In this document: piece by piece, positions 1-14,140 of the stretch
How the letters are laid out: every line of letters begins with the position of its first letter
How positions within the stretch are numbered: position 1 is the stretch's first letter
Notes under the pieces: model-generated
What the model was told of the DNA's origin: nothing
Database searches by the model: none
The model's input: the letters and a program-made list of their open reading frames with translations, nothing else
Assembly (NCBI GenBank): GCA_964016885.1
Contig: OZ024743.1
Span: forward strand, 188,914,001-188,978,000
From: Eledone cirrhosa
Lineage: Eukaryota
Direction: 5' to 3'
DNA length: 64,000 nucleotides
Program-made: the position numbers and the translations under genes

Positions 1-67
1 CAAACAACAGAGGAGACAAACTATCTCCCTGGAAGATACCGTCCGATGTTAACTCTGTTTTCCAGGA

Positions 68-119
<52 letters not shown>
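68..119. repeat. (ATT)n microsatellite
   Basis: Perfect ATT run directly upstream of a SINE head. Confidence 0.95.
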
Positions 120-340
120 GGGTAGTAGATTGGCAGTATCAGTAGAACGTCTGACAATTTGCTTTGTGCTATAGAGTTGCGGCCTTTTATGTTCTGAGTT
201 CAAATCCTGCCAAGGTTAGCTTTGCTTTTCATCCTTATGAGGTCAATAAAATAAAATACCAGTAGCACACTTGGGTCAATTTAATCGATACTCCTCTCCC
301 CAAAAATTGGTGGCCTTGTGCCTAAATCAAAAACCATTAT
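120..340 (+). mobile_element. tRNA-derived SINE, family A (older copy)
   Basis: A-box-like TGGCAGTATCAGT, B-box GAGTTCAAATCC, core GCTTTTCATCCTTATGAGGTCAATAAAATAAAATACCAG (resembles the Meta/MESC-type SINE core), and 3' GGCCTTGTGCCTAAA followed by ATT repeats. More than 10 related copies occur in the window. Confidence 0.85.
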
Positions 341-1146
341 TATCATTATTGTTGTTGTTGTTTGTAGTAGTAGTCCTATCTTTATTGTGTTTTCACTGTA
401 TTACTGACTGAGGATAGCTCTGTGTACTTTGGGTATGTGCTGTATTGGTTTATGTGTTGTTAATTCCATTGAATTGAGAGTATTGTTTGTAACATGACTG
501 CAGTGCCTCCACCAACATAATAGATCAGAGCCTAAAATGATATAAATACATACTGCAAGACCTTGTCTGATATTATTTTGATTCTGTCATTCTATTAATC
601 TTTTTTATTCATGTATAATAACTTCTAACATGTTCCAGGTCACAAACTTTGGAGGAAAAGGATTCAGTTCATACCAGTATGGGGATTGGTACTTGTTTAT
701 ATATACCCATGAAATATGCATGTCAAATTTAGAATAGCTACATCATATCGCTGCATATTGTAAGAAGTGACAAATAGGTTTAGTGTAAGGAATGGCATTG
801 GGCTATAAAACATTTCCTAAAAAAGAGTGAGAATGATTATGATAATATATGTATATATATTGGGAGAGAGAGAAAGAAAGAGAGAGATAAGTGAAACCCA
901 GGCCACAGTGCAAAGCAGTTTTGTGTGTGCAACAAACTTTCTCAAGGATGTAGGAATTTTTGCATAAAAAATTTCTATACCCTTGAAAAGGCTTGATGTA
1001 CACACAAGCAGAAACTTTGGTACTACGGTCAGGATTTTATGTATCTCTATACCCACTCTGCATCTCCCCATGGATTGAGTACTCGCATGTTTATTGGTCT
1101 CCCTGGCATCAGCACCACAAACTCTCTCTCTATATATATATATATA

Positions 1147-1668
1147 TTAGAGGAATTGGTTGCAGTGTGCAAGAGTGAAGACTGCATTGGTATGGCCATG
1201 TGATGTGCATGACAAATGGTACTTGCATAAAGAAATGCAGAGAAACACCAGTGGCTGGAATCCATAGGGTTGTAAGGACTGACCTAAGAAAGCTAAACCT
1301 TACAACAGAAATAACTACAGACCGTGAGGATTTGTGCTACACAGTGCTGAAGAAGAGCCAACTTGCAGCTTACAATGTGACCTGACCCCCCCCTCTCCCT
1401 TCCACTAGCACAACCTAATTTTTATTCTCATCTTCATTATTTCAACCCCCACCCACACACACACACCTTCCTAGCAGGACCCTCTACTCATGTCAAGGGC
1501 ATGACAACCTCTCCTGGGCTCTTGATGGAACATGAAACCATACATGAGCGAGACATAGATTCCTGGCTTGCTAGGGAGATCAGTGCCTCTGCTTCAGTAA
1601 GGACTTGGTCTGTATAGACCCTTCCAAATCTTGCTAGCAGGGAAAGGGGATTTTAAAACAACAATGAT

Positions 1669-1670
<2 letters not shown>
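1147..1670 (+). mobile_element. Degenerate 3' remnant of an older RTE LINE
   Basis: Translates to IRGIGCSVQE*RLHWYGHVM..., homologous to the C-terminus of the young RTE copies (IRGIRCCLLERRLRWYGHVM). Ends in a decayed GAT-type tail. Confidence 0.75.
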
Positions 1671-1703
<33 letters not shown>

Positions 1704-1886
1704 CACGCACTCCAGGTTGGCCACTCTGGTGTTGTCTAACATGTCCATTAAAATCCTCAGCTTAGATGATGTGGTCCTTGTCATCTATCACTTGGTTGTA
1801 AAAGATCCTCATAGAAATGGACTTTTTCTTCTTTAGTCAGTCGTGCTTCTGGTGCCTAGACAGAGATAATTGTCATCATTTTATTA

Positions 1887-1922
<36 letters not shown>

Positions 1923-4599
1923 TCAGACTGAAATATTAAGTTGCCTCCACCCTCTCCTCAGGGAATTTAAATGTAAAAGTATGTCATTAAATACAAAGTG
2001 ATTTTTTTTGCAATAAATTATCAGTTCTTCCATCCAGCTCCTTATATAATACTTTTTAGCTTATTGTGACTAAGCAGAAGAACAAGTTTTGTGATGGATA
2101 GTGTACAACCAATTGTATTCACTTTGTATATATTACCAGTATATACTGTACATATTCAATCACCATCAAAAGACAAAGTCAACATCACATGAAAATTAAA
2201 CTAAAGTCTGGAAGATGTATATGTTGTTCTATCATTATTTTAGTGAGACCACTAGGACAGCAAGTAAATTCAATCATATAGACGTATGAAACTAAATACC
2301 ATAAAACATATTGTCTGGTATTACATCTTTTCAGTATACATGGCTGAAGATTTCAAATGGAAATTTTAACTGTTGTTAATACTATTGGTTTTACAGCTTT
2401 TAGGAGGTGAAAACAAATGGCAGGAATTGGTTTTTCCTTGATCTAATCTCAAAAGAGGGAGAAGGATCACAACACTATAATTTGTTAAAGTATTTGCATT
2501 TTAACAGTGTTCTCAATGCTAATCTCAGTAAATTGTACTTCCGAACATTGCACATGACGATGGCAAATTAGAATTGACGATTGTGTATTAAGTTTTGTTG
2601 CTATGGACACAAATATATCACATGGGAATAGTATAGAAAACAGCTGGTGGATAGTTAGTTTAGTATTGCATTCATTTATCCAATTGTGAGTCGATCATGG
2701 AAATATGCCAGATCTGTAAATAATCAGTCACCTTATTTTTATGTGTGAATATGTGAGATGTATCATAAATTAAAGTAAATGAGCTTATGCAAAGGTCATG
2801 ACCCCGTTAAAAGGAAATGGATACTATACATCCATGTTTTGAAATTGATTTACAGGCTTTGTTTCCAAGAATAAACCATTACTCTAACATTTTTGTGTGA
2901 ACATCAGGTCAATGTATTCGGACAATAGGCCATTGTCATCGTCATCCTTATCACCACCACTACCAGCATCATCATAATTATTGTTTAACATCCACTTTCT
3001 CTGCTAGCAAGTGTTGGACACATGTTAACTTGTAAAATATTATTGCTACTTATCTTACAAATTTTGTTTAGATGGAAATCAAAATTAACTTTGGTTGAAT
3101 TTGAACTCAGAACAGAGAAATAAGAAAAGATTCTGTAGATGATGCGCCAAACATGACATTACATATAGAATACTCAGAATACTAATATCATTCATCTTAC
3201 CAATCCTGCTTGTGTATGGTGGTTCCTAAAGTGGCTTGAACTAAAAAACCTAAAATGCTGAACAAAGTAGAATAAGGCATCCAGTTTTAACATTGTTTAT
3301 CACCTTCTATGAAAATTGTTTTCATCTTAAAGTCAATTTGACTTGAATGTATACAATAAACCTGTAATTCTTGATAGGGTTGCTGTGCTTTTGAACATTT
3401 TCAAAACCTAGAGGTGCCCGTCTCTTCTCCAGTTATGAACGAAGTAGATTTCGTCTAGAAAAGGAGAGAGAGAGAGGAAGAATCAACCCCAGCACTGGAC
3501 TAATAATGTTTTATCAACCTTGAAAGCAAGAAAGGCAAAGTTGACATTGGTGCATTTTGAATCCAGAATGCAGACACCTGGAATGAAAACTGCAAAGTAT
3601 TCCATCTAACATTCTAATTACCCTGCCAATTCATCACCTCAATTTGACAACATATGGCCAATTGTGTAAAGAAGGGAGAACAGTTAATATAAAACTAGAT
3701 GTAATTTTGTCAAGTGTTGGTGGATTTAAACAAATCAAGTCAACTCTGATGTTACTTGAAATCAGAACAAGCAATGTAGAAGGCTAAATGCTTCAGGACA
3801 TTTAGTTATACACTCTTCTATTTTGGATACCTCCACAACCAGTCCACTATGAATATTAATTTAACAAAATTGAATTTTCCATATTTCTTTTTAAGATCAT
3901 TTGTAACTCTCTTTAAATCTATGAAAAAAAAATCTAAATTTCCCTTTTCTTATCATTGGTAAAAAGCAGAGAACAATTGATGAAAGTGATAATGAAAGAA
4001 ATTTCTATGAAACAACAAAAGACCTTTGACTAATAATCACTATTACAGTTTGAAAATTAATAACCTTTGCTATATGAGATGTACACAAGCAGCCAATATC
4101 TGAATGCAGTTAATTTCACCAAAATTCAAACACAAGCCATAATATTAACAATAAATGCTTTCTCACTTCTCTTTGAGTTTTGTTGCAAACAAATTGGAAA
4201 AAATTCTTTTATATTTTAATTAACGGGAAATTATTCCTATCAGAGCTGCATCATTGAAATCAATATTTAAACAAATAATTAGATTCGTTCTAGAATTTTA
4301 TACAGACTGTATATACTACCAAATGTCAGATATTTTCTGTTTTTCATTCAATCTTCCTACCTATTTATCTGCCGATTCAAATATCCATACAGATGTAAAC
4401 ATACACATATGCATGCATACACATTTGAATAGGCTGTTTTGCCTGTTACTAGCATAAAGATGCCATACAAACATTTAAAATTTTGTGAGATGACATCTGG
4501 TCTATTTTTTCGAGATGTTGCTCTGCAGTGTAGTATTGGAGCATGAATTTTCTTTGCCTAACTAATAATAAATGTTCTTATCATTTTTTTGTTCTAGTA

Positions 4600-4788
4600 C
4601 AGTGAATTGGCATTATCAGTAGAGCATCAGACATCATACTTTACAGCACAGAGTTTTGGCCCTTTACGTTCTTAGTTCAAATTCCGCCAAAGTTAACTTT
4701 GCCTTTCATCCTTACAGGGTTGATAAAATAAAGTACTAGTAATGCATTGGGTAATTGCTGGCCTTGTGTCAAATTAGAAACAATTATT
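4600..4788 (+). mobile_element. tRNA-derived SINE, family A
   Basis: TGGCATTATCAGTAGAGC...AGTTCAAATTCC...GCCTTTCATCCTTACAGGGTTGATAAAATAAAGTAC...GGCCTTGTGTCAAATTAGAAAC. Confidence 0.85.
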
Positions 4789-6116
4789 TCTTGTTCACAG
4801 ATATGTATGTATGCATATGTATGTATGTATAATGATATAAGATATTAGTCAGTTAAGGCTATGGTGGAAGACACTTGCCTATTGTGATGTGCAATGGAAT
4901 TGAAATTTAAACCACAGAGTAGCAAATCATATTTCTTAACCACAGAGCTATGTCTTGTGGTGCAATAATAAATGGTATCAGAGGAATTGCATCCTGAAAC
5001 ACACACATAAAATTTTAAAAGAAATTATATATATATATAATTTCTTTATATATTATAATATCTTATATCATTATACATCTGTTTTCATGCAGGCATGGAT
5101 AGGATGAGTTGTCACAGTCCATAGACATATCTGGAACTATGTCACATTTGTACCTTCTATATTTTATGAGGGTTTCTATGACTCCATGCTCTTCCTAACA
5201 ACAACCACTTTACAAAGTGTACCGAGTGTATCATATCTTAGCATCTGTATTAGAAAAGTTATAGTGTCTTCAATAAGGCTAAAAAGTCCCTTCTACCCTA
5301 CATTGTTTCTGTCTAACTACCAATCATTTTACAGAGTGTACTAAGTGCCACTAGAGAAGTTGTTATATCCTCAACAGAACTAATGAGTCCTCACTACTGT
5401 ATGTTGCCTTCATATGATCATCAACCATTTTACTTTGTGTACTGAGTACATTTTATCATGACACCAACACTATAAAGTTTGTTTTGACCACTGCAATGCT
5501 AAAGAGACCTCTTGACTCCATAAAATCTCCATTCTTCAAGGCAAGCATTACTGAGAATGTGCTTTGAAGGTGGGTGGTGATAAAAATTTGAAAGAGGTGA
5601 GATTATGATTTACGTGTGAAGGTAGGAAACAGTGGGATTTTTGGAAGGACAGTTAAATTTGTGGGTAGGGTTGAATAGAGTGCTTGAATAGGGATACTGC
5701 ATGAGACACATTGCAGGATACGAAATAAGTGATGGGTTAGTAGGAGGGAGGAGCAGAATTGTGGAAAGAAAGTTGTGCAGAGTGCTTGAATAGAGACATA
5801 GCATGAACCACATTGCAGGATATCAAACGTGTGATGGGTTAGAAGGAAGAAGAAGCAGAATGGTGGGTGACAAAAGTGTTGAATAGGAAAGACACATGTG
5901 CATGGTAACAAGGATATGTCATGGTCAAAGAGAGATGAAAGGTTTCATAAGAGAAAACCATGATAGATGTCAACTGAGATGAGTGTGATAGTGATGGTAT
6001 TGAATATGAATATGAGTAATGCATATCAGAAATTATGGAAGATGTTGATGCCAACAAAATCTAATGTCAAGGTTGGGTTAATGGTGAGAGAGAGATAAAG
6101 ATATATATATATATAT

Positions 6117-6742
6117 ACTGGTAGTGTCGGTGGCATGACATAAGTGCCCAGTCCACACTGTAAAGTGGTTGTGTAGGTGTCATGAAAAAAAGTGCCCAGT
6201 CCACACGTAATGTGGTCATGTAGGCGACATGACAAAAAGCACCCAGCACACACTGTAAATGTGGTTGGCAGCAGGAAGGGCACCCAGCTGTAGAAATCAA
6301 GCCAAAATCTGCCCCGGGTGAGCTAAACATGGTCCTCTGACCTGTTTTTCTCCCTAAGGGTCAATCCCTCCTACCCATGAAGATGGACGTTAAATATATG
6401 TGTATATGTATGATGTGTGTATGTATATGTATGATATGTGTGTATGTATGATATGTGTGTATGTATGATATGTGTATGTATATGTATTTATATATATATA
6501 TTATGCTGGTTCCACAAAACATCTAGCCTACACTGTAAAGTGGCCATATAAAAGACATGACAAAAAGCACCCAGCACACCCTGTAAATGTGGTTGGCATT
6601 AGGAAGGCATCTATCTGAAGAAAACCAGCCAGAAACACTCCTATATAAGCAAGACATGGTTATGCGACCCAACTTGCCTCTAAATGGGACAAATATGTCT
6701 AACCCCTGGCATGGAAGATAGACATTAATCAATGATGATTGA
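6117..6742 (+). mobile_element. Two 3' fragments of the RTE-tail / SINE family B module
   Basis: Repeated CACACTGTAAAGTGG units, TGGTTGGC.TTAGGAAGGGCATCCAGCTGTAGAAA-like box, and ATGGACGTTAAA/GATGAT ends, all shared with the RTE 3' UTRs in this window. Confidence 0.75.
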
Positions 6743-7377
6743 TATATATATATATATATATATACATAGAAAGAGAGAGAGAGAGAGAAAGTAATTGGGA
6801 GAGCAATCGTATTAATGGTTAGGTTATGAAAGTGATAGAGACATTGATCAATTATAGGAGATGGTGGAAAGATTGGAACTGATGTCCTCCATCTCAATTT
6901 CATCTGTTGCTCACTCAGTATGTTGTTATGTTGTAGGGGCTGTCATAGTGGGGTAATTATCGAGAGGGTTTAAATAGATCTTAATCTTCTTCACCATCAG
7001 CATCCCCCCTCTTCTTTTCAATTTTGCAACTATGTTGCTGGGCTTGTTCTAGTAGGTTGATACCGAACAAAGACACCAAAGATTGTTCATGATATGATGG
7101 TGTAGGAAGTAAGGGATGGTCAGAATTAGGATGTTTCTGACTAAAGGTCAGCTCAAATAATGCATGTCTAGTGCTAGACAAATGCAAAATCAGCTTAAGG
7201 ATTTGGGAAAACTAAGATGAGAAAAATGATACAGTTTTAATTCTTGAATCAAGCCTTTTCATTGAATTATTACAGTCCAATCAATCAAGTTCCTGAAACT
7301 GGTGAAGACAGTCAGCATGCCATTCTAGATGGTGTCATAGACAGCCATCACCACTGGTCTCTATTCTCTATTGAGCA

Positions 7378-7730
7378 TTATATGGAAAAGTAACACGATT
7401 AGTTTCACAAATTGGATCAAATTGTATAAGTCTCTGGTGACTTCAATCCTTCTTTATGGTTGTGAGAGATGGACTATTACAGTTGAAAGGAAATGAAGAA
7501 TCCCGGCATTCTAGCAAATGTGCCTCAGAAGGTTGTTACGCATCTCATATACAGAGTACAAAACACATATCTTTGTCAGGTAACAAGTCAACAAATATGT
7601 TGGCAAACAGGAACCACCCCCTGCGATAGAGAAAAAACAGAAGCTTGTCTGGTATGGTGATGTATATAGCCTCAATTCCCTATCTAAAACCATTTTTCAG
7701 GGAGTCAAGGGAAAGCAAAGATGTAGACAG
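7378..7730 (+). pseudogene. Decayed RTE-clade RT C-terminal fragment (different family)
   Basis: Manual translation IWKSNTISF..KLYKSLVTSILLYGCERWT...MCLRRLLRISY...KLVWYGDV...LSKTIFQG, with several stops. Confidence 0.75.
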
Positions 7731-8924
7731 ATGTGACCGGACAGGTCATTACACCAAGACTCTTCCCTGGTTGATTGTGAATACTGTTAATGCTATGAAA
7801 AAGCATGACTGTCTCACAGTTTTTACTCCACAATAAAAGATTAAGCAGTTACACCTAACAAGAAAGAAACCATTATTGCACGGATGATAAAAGAATTGTA
7901 CACTATTGATCACACATAAAGATAAAATGCAGATATCACACACACATACAGAAGCTAATATGTGAGTCTCTATGTGAGCACTCAAACTGCTAGAAATCAT
8001 AGCCAACTCACATCCTGCCATCTAAAAAGTGATACATCACAACTTGTGTCTAACTTGCTAGAAATATCTGCCAAATCTTTATCAAAATGCAGCCTACCAT
8101 TTAAAAGTTAGAACGCATTGGATAATGTAGTCTGCGGATCACGATTTCTGGAAAGAAAAATGGGTTGGTTATGGCTGGAATGTCATTGATCATAAGATTG
8201 CCCACTCTGAACTGATTTAAAGGTAAACAACAATTTCAACTTTGACTGACTATATTCTGCTTATGAAACTTGGTATGTCTGCCTAACACAACAACCAAAA
8301 GCTAATAAATCCAGTCAATTGATTGGTATTAGGAAGGGCATCCAGTCATAGAAACCATTATAAAATTTGAAACAAACGAGTGTGACACGGTTCTTGTCCT
8401 ATCTAGGGACTGTGAAAACCCAAGCTAGTATTCAAAGTTGAAGTTTAACTTCAGAGACTCACTTTGTTAATTGATTTCCTTTTAAAAACTGAAAATTATG
8501 ATAACAATTACTCATATTTTAATGTAAAAATCTTTGTCAAATAATCAGACAGGCTTTAATAGACTGTACTATATTATGATGTCTAATGGATCAAAATATG
8601 CCCATACTTATCTCTTGCTTGTAAACAAACATAATTGGTAATTTTCAGTTTCACTGCAAATTGATGCAATATTCTAGCTATGTTGAAAGGTTTTGAATAT
8701 ACATATATATATAGTCATTTTTAAGTTTGAAAACCTCTGCCAGTTTGAGGGAAGGAAGTAAATGGGAAAATATATTCAACACATTAAACTGAACAATGTT
8801 TGCAATAAAATAAATAGGAAAGAAACATAAATTAATGAAAATAATTAGAGTGAGCATCAGACTACATCTCAGTCAAGGTGTTATATCTCAGCTGAGCCCT
8901 GAATGTAAATTAACTATGAAAGAT

Positions 8925-9185
8925 TCTTCTTCTTCTTCTACTTCGCTCACTTATTCCTGAGAGGGTTGTGGGGACAGAGTCCTCAAAAATTCCTTCCAGT
9001 AGGTCCTGTCAGAAGCAACTGTCACCAATTGATCTGGTTGCTGGATTCCCAAGTGAGATCAGCCAAGCTCATGGATGTTATCTAACTGTCTTTCTTGTTC
9101 AGGGTCTATCCTTGAGTCTCCTGCCAGATCCATTTGCCCATAAAACCATTCCAGCGATTCTTTCCTGAGACCTTCTAATCACGAA
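8925..9185 (-). mobile_element. Probable decayed RTE-like 3' end with (GAA)n tail
   Basis: Minus strand reads ..RRSQERIAGMVLW...GRRLKDRP.. and ends in GAAGAAGAA. Confidence 0.45.
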
Positions 9186-9817
9186 TGCTTAATTTCTTGA
9201 AATTACAAAATGTTTTACTACTAAAATTGCTAACAGTTTCATTAAGATCTTTATTTTCTATCTCCAACTAAAGGATTATTTTACATTAATTCTTAACATC
9301 CTATGATTATTAGCAAAAATATCTGAAACCAATTTTGTTCATTTAAATATATCTGTAGTAGACAGATCATTGTGAAATGTTACCGTATTAGAAGAAAGAT
9401 TTTAATTTTTGATGAGATAAAGCACACACAGTTCTTTTTTGAACTTTTCAAAAATGTGTTGCTAATGTGGATTAGTGTTGTACAGGACATTAAAAGTTAA
9501 TTAAGAGATATTTTGTACAAATCATTCAGTACATTAGCCTATAATGTATTTTGTCTCCTTGAAATTTTCACTCACTCATTCATTGAAAAAACAACTTCAT
9601 TGTATTTGTTTACTTCAGTTTCTCTATGTATCTGTCAATGTGTAGATATTCACATGTGCATTTCATTATGTTTCAATGACTGTCATCACTGTTTTCTGAA
9701 AGACACATATACGAGCGAGACATGGTCACCTGACCAATCTTGCCTCAAGTAGGACAATTCGCGTCTAAACCCATACTAGCGTGGAAGATAGATGTTAAAT
9801 GATGATGATGATGATGA

Positions 9818-10275
9818 TATATATACATACATATATATATACATACATACATATATACATACACACATATATATATATACATATATATATACATATATAT
9901 ATAACACATGTATATAGATACATATATATACATACATACATAAATATACATACATATACATACATAGGTACATATATATATACATACATATATACATACA
10001 TACAGAAATATTCATACATATATATGTACATACATATATATATATATACATACACATACACACACATGCATATATATATATATACATATACATATATATA
10101 TACATACATATACATCCATATATACATACAGAAACATACATATATATACATACATATTTATACATTCATACGTATACACAGGCACACACACACATATACA
10201 TACACATACACAGACACACACATATACACAGAGACACACGCACACATATACATATACATATATATATATATATAC
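9818..10275. repeat. Compound (TA)/(TACA)/(CA) microsatellite array
   Basis: Directly visible; source of the spurious YI/MY ORFs. Confidence 0.95.
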
Positions 10276-10481
10276 TTATTTAATCATTTATCTATTTACC
10301 TCATTTTTATGATACTTTGCTGCAAGCTGATACTTCAGTGTTACAAAATAAATTAAAACAACTTTGTTTATGTTTTCCCATTATTATGATAGACAATTGA
10401 TTTATAACCTAAAAACAAATAGTCATAACATAAACCATAGTAATTCACAAATAAGCACACATACACACACATATATATATA

Positions 10482-10780
10482 TGAGCAAGACACTTTATTT
10501 CACATTGCTCTAGTTTACTCAGCTGTAGAAAAGAGATGATAGGACTGGGGTCCCTATCATTCCACTGCAAAGTAGTAGTGGGGGTGCCATGGCAAAAAAG
10601 CACCCAGCCCACACTGTAAAGTGGACGTGTAGGTACCACGGAAAAAAAAACACCCAGCACTCACTGTAAATGAGGTTGGTGTTAGGAAGGGCATCCAGCT
10701 GTAGAAATCAAGCCAGAATCAGTTCCCGTCCCACCCTTGCAAGCAGGGAAAAGCGGACGTAAAATGATGATGATGATGAT
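10482..10780 (+). mobile_element. 5'-truncated SINE family B
   Basis: TGAGCAAGACACTTTATTTCAC (CORE-like), AGGAAGGGCATCCAGCTGTAGAAA, and GGACGTAAAATGATGATG tail. Closely matches the full copy at 43203-43541. Confidence 0.85.
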
Positions 10781-10928
10781 ACACACACATATATAAATAT
10801 ACACACACACACACACACACACAAACATAAATATATATAATCATCATCATCATTTGACGCCCATTTGCCATGCTAGATATTTACAAGGCACGAAGTTAGT
10901 ATCACACTTAGGAAGAAGTACAAAAGGG

Positions 10929-10963
10929 TTTGACGTTTTGGACATAAATACTTCTTCAGGAAA
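10929..10963 (-). ncRNA. Decayed minimal hammerhead ribozyme motif (Penelope pLTR-like)
   Basis: Minus strand reads TTTC-CTGAAGA-AGTATTTATGTCC-AAAA-CG-TC-AAA. GAAA is mutated to AAAA and stem II is damaged. Confidence 0.4.
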
Positions 10964-11456
10964 TGGAGAGTTTGGAGAGGCAGAAAAGTTTGTGAAATAA
11001 AATTTAAGGAGGCTATGGTTTGTAGGCAAGAAGTTCAGCATTTGGGAATAGGATCCAAGGTGGAGTGTGTATATGTGTTATGGATGTAGTTATGTGTGTG
11101 CAGATGCAGTGCATTTCATGAGTGAGCATCAGTGCTTCTGTGTGTGTGTGTGTGTTTGTGTGTGTGTGCGCTTTCTGGAACGTAGATGGAAGTGCGAGAG
11201 TATGTGCCTGTGAATATTTTATGTTGGTTCTTTTGCGTATGTATGTTTTGTATGAGTGTGTGTGTGTATGTTTATGTGTGAGTTTTTTGCGTGTATATAT
11301 GCATATATTCTTTGAAAATGTGTTCTCTACATATGATTTTTTAAGTAGTTGGATTTGATTTAATTTGATTGAAATAGTCAAATATTAGTGATCCTATACT
11401 GATATGTAACACATACAATGAAACATGTGTCACTGTTATGCAATAAATATTATTGT

Positions 11457-12023
11457 GTACCCTCTGTCCATCTTATGCTATAGACTACGTTTCTAGTTTT
11501 ACAGTTTATCCGGAGGTTTACCTTACATATGATACATTTCCTATTAATACAGTGGGTTTTCTTAAAAGGGCAGGTTTTGCTGATCAGGGATTTTATGGTG
11601 GGGCCTGGCATTTCTACCACCTTAATCATTAAGTGGGTCTTTCTCGGGACCTTTCTACACTGGTTAGCTAATTTCCCTCCAGGGGTAGCGTCCACAAACA
11701 TGACACTCTGGTATCTCTGGTTGTCGTACCATGAGGTGGCTTTCCGTATCTTATGTCTAGCCCTATCTAAGCTATTCCATGATTTGCTCCTGTATAATGG
11801 GCAAATTCCTTTCATGTCCAGTTCTATGAGGGTCGTATACTTCTCCGTGGCTCCTTCGTATACTCTGATTCTGTCTCTTTGGTTGTAGCCAGAAAACTGC
11901 ATGCGGTTGATGAAGTGTTGGATGTGTCTTTCCATTTCTGTTGGGTCGCACATGCGGGACATGTTCTTCATCACTCGTACCAAGTCTGCAATTATTAAAC
12001 TTAGCACTACTGGACATTGCTGA
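11457..12023 (-). mobile_element. Inverted partial copy of the adjacent Penelope-like ORF
   Basis: Reverse complement aligns with 12949-13520 (IADLVRVMKN...NCKTRNVVYSIR), with scattered substitutions and a small indel. Confidence 0.92.
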
Positions 12024-13842
12024 CATTTCCTCTCAATGGTTATACGCCCCCATAATCAAGATGTCCCCAGATGTATGTGACAGTACAGAGGACCTCCTCA
12101 GCAGAATCAGTGAGTGCAACAAAAACAGGAACCTATCCAACTGCATAATAGGCAGCATGGATTTGGTATCACTGTACCCATCCATTAACATTGATTTAGC
12201 TGTGGAAAAATGTGTGGAGATGATCATTGAGAGTGAGGTGGAGTTCTGCGACGTCGACACAGACAAACTGGGCCTCCTACTTTGACTTACCTACGACACT
12301 GACTACCTAGACAGCCATGACCTTAGACGTTTCTGCCCCAGTAGACCCATAAGAGGTAGACTCCCCACCATAACCTCAATGGCTAAAAAGACTCCCATGG
12401 GAAGGTGGATTGGTTGGACCAAAGCTATACGGACCCCCCAAAACAATGATCAGGTAAGAAAAATGGTCGCACATGCAATAGGGGCTAGTATCAAAACTAC
12501 CCTAAAGGGCCACATGTTCAAGTTCAACGAGAAGATCTACACCCAAAATGAGGGAGCAGCCATTGGCGTCAGCATAGCTGGTGACGTTGCCAATCTTTTT
12601 ATGGTATGGTGGGAAAGGAGACTTAAAGATCTCCTTAATGAGAGCTCCATAGACCTCATCATGTACTCTCGTTACGTAGACGATATCAATATAGTTATCA
12701 AAACATTCCCACAAGAGAGCACTAACAGGTTTGATTTAGAACGTAGCATAATGGAAAGCATCCAGCAGATAGCTAATTCCATACACCAGAGTATAACTGT
12801 AACTATCGACTACCCATCCAAACACCCTAACAATAGACTACCTGTATTAGACACGGAACTCTGGATTAACACTATAGACGAGAGAGCCCAAATTCTCCAC
12901 TCACACTATGCTACACCCATGGCCTCCAAATACCAGATACCCCAAAACTCAGCAATGTTTAGTAGTGCTAAGTTTAATATTCTGATCGCAGACTTGGTAC
13001 GAGTGATGAAGAACGTGTCCCGCATGTACGACCCAACAGAAATGGAACGACACATCCAACACTTCATCAACTGCATGCAGTTCTCTGGCTACAACCAAAG
13101 AGACAGAATCAGAGTATACGAAGGAGCCACGGAGAAGTATAAGACGCTCATAGAACTGGACATGAAAGGAATTTTCCCATTATACAGGAGCAAATCATGG
13201 AATAGCTTAGATAGGGCTAGACATAAGATACGGAAAGCCACCTCATGGTACGACAACCAGAGATACCAGAGTGTCATGTTTGTGGACGCTACCCCTGGAG
13301 GGAAATTAGCTAACCAGTGTAGAAAGGCCCTGAGAAAGACCCACTTAAAGATTAAGGTGGTAGAAAAGCCAGGAACCACCATAAAATCCCTGATCAGCAA
13401 AACCTACCCTTTTAAGAAAACCCACTGTACTAATAGGAAATGTATCATATGTAAGGTAAACGCCCGGATAAACTGTAAAACTAGAAATGTAGTCTATAGT
13501 ATAAGATGTACAGAAGGTACTTTCAGAAACATGACTACAACATACATAGGTGAGACAGCTCGTAGCATAGGTGAAAGGATAGACCAACACTGGGGGGGAA
13601 CTAAAAGGACGAAAAAACGTTCAGTACTATACGAACATGCTAGGCAACAACACGACGGTAACATAGACAACATAGAAATTAGAATAATATCTAAACATAG
13701 AAATGACTCAGCAGATAGGCAAATCAGAGAGGCCAGTGAAATAGAACTTAGAAGGCCAAGGCTAAACAGAAAAAATGAATGGAATAACAACAACACCCTA
13801 ACAAACAACACTGACCTAAGAAAAGTAGAAATAAATAAATAA
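12024..13842 (+). pseudogene. Penelope-like RT / GIY-YIG endonuclease ORF (one in-frame TGA at 12283-12285)
   Basis: Motifs SMDLVSLYPSI, QNEGAAIGVSIAGDVANLFM, YSRYVDD, LPVLD, CxxxxCxxC linker, NVVYSIRC...YIGETARSIGERIDQH. ORFs 11941-12285 and 12379-13842 are in the same frame. Confidence 0.9.
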
Positions 13843-14100
13843 ATAATTAGATAAATAAATAAATAAATACACACACAAGCACAATAACAACAAACACATA
13901 TAAACACACACTAGTAAAGATAGAATACATTAACCAATACACAGCCACCCAATCACGAACATACATCAAACAAAACACTATACACACACGCAAACGCATG
14001 CGCAAAGAATACAAAATAAAATAAACAAATAAATAAATATATAAACAGACTAAGTAAAGATGGCGTAGAAAATACAATGCAACGGGAGGAAACAATAGCA

Positions 14101-14140
14101 CCACTGACGATGTTGCAGATGTGCAACGAAAGAACTTTGA
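14101..14140 (+). ncRNA. Minimal hammerhead ribozyme motif in the PLE pseudo-LTR (slightly degenerate)
   Basis: CCA-CTGACGA-T-GTTGCA[GATG]TGCAAC-GAAA-GAAC-TT-TG: intact core boxes and a perfect 6-bp stem II; stems I and III are weak. Confidence 0.6.

Noticed and set aside
6981-7187. Possible host-gene exon (also considered about 2400-2570 and 18990-19202)
   Set aside because: No recognisable domain or convincing splice context. Small exons cannot be excluded without RNA-seq.
12283-12285. In-frame TGA in the PLE ORF as possible selenocysteine (reported for some Naiad PLEs)
   Set aside because: The context LGLLL*LTY is not a Cys motif, and CGA to TGA decay is the simpler explanation. No SECIS was recognised. 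A family alignment plus SECISearch would settle it.
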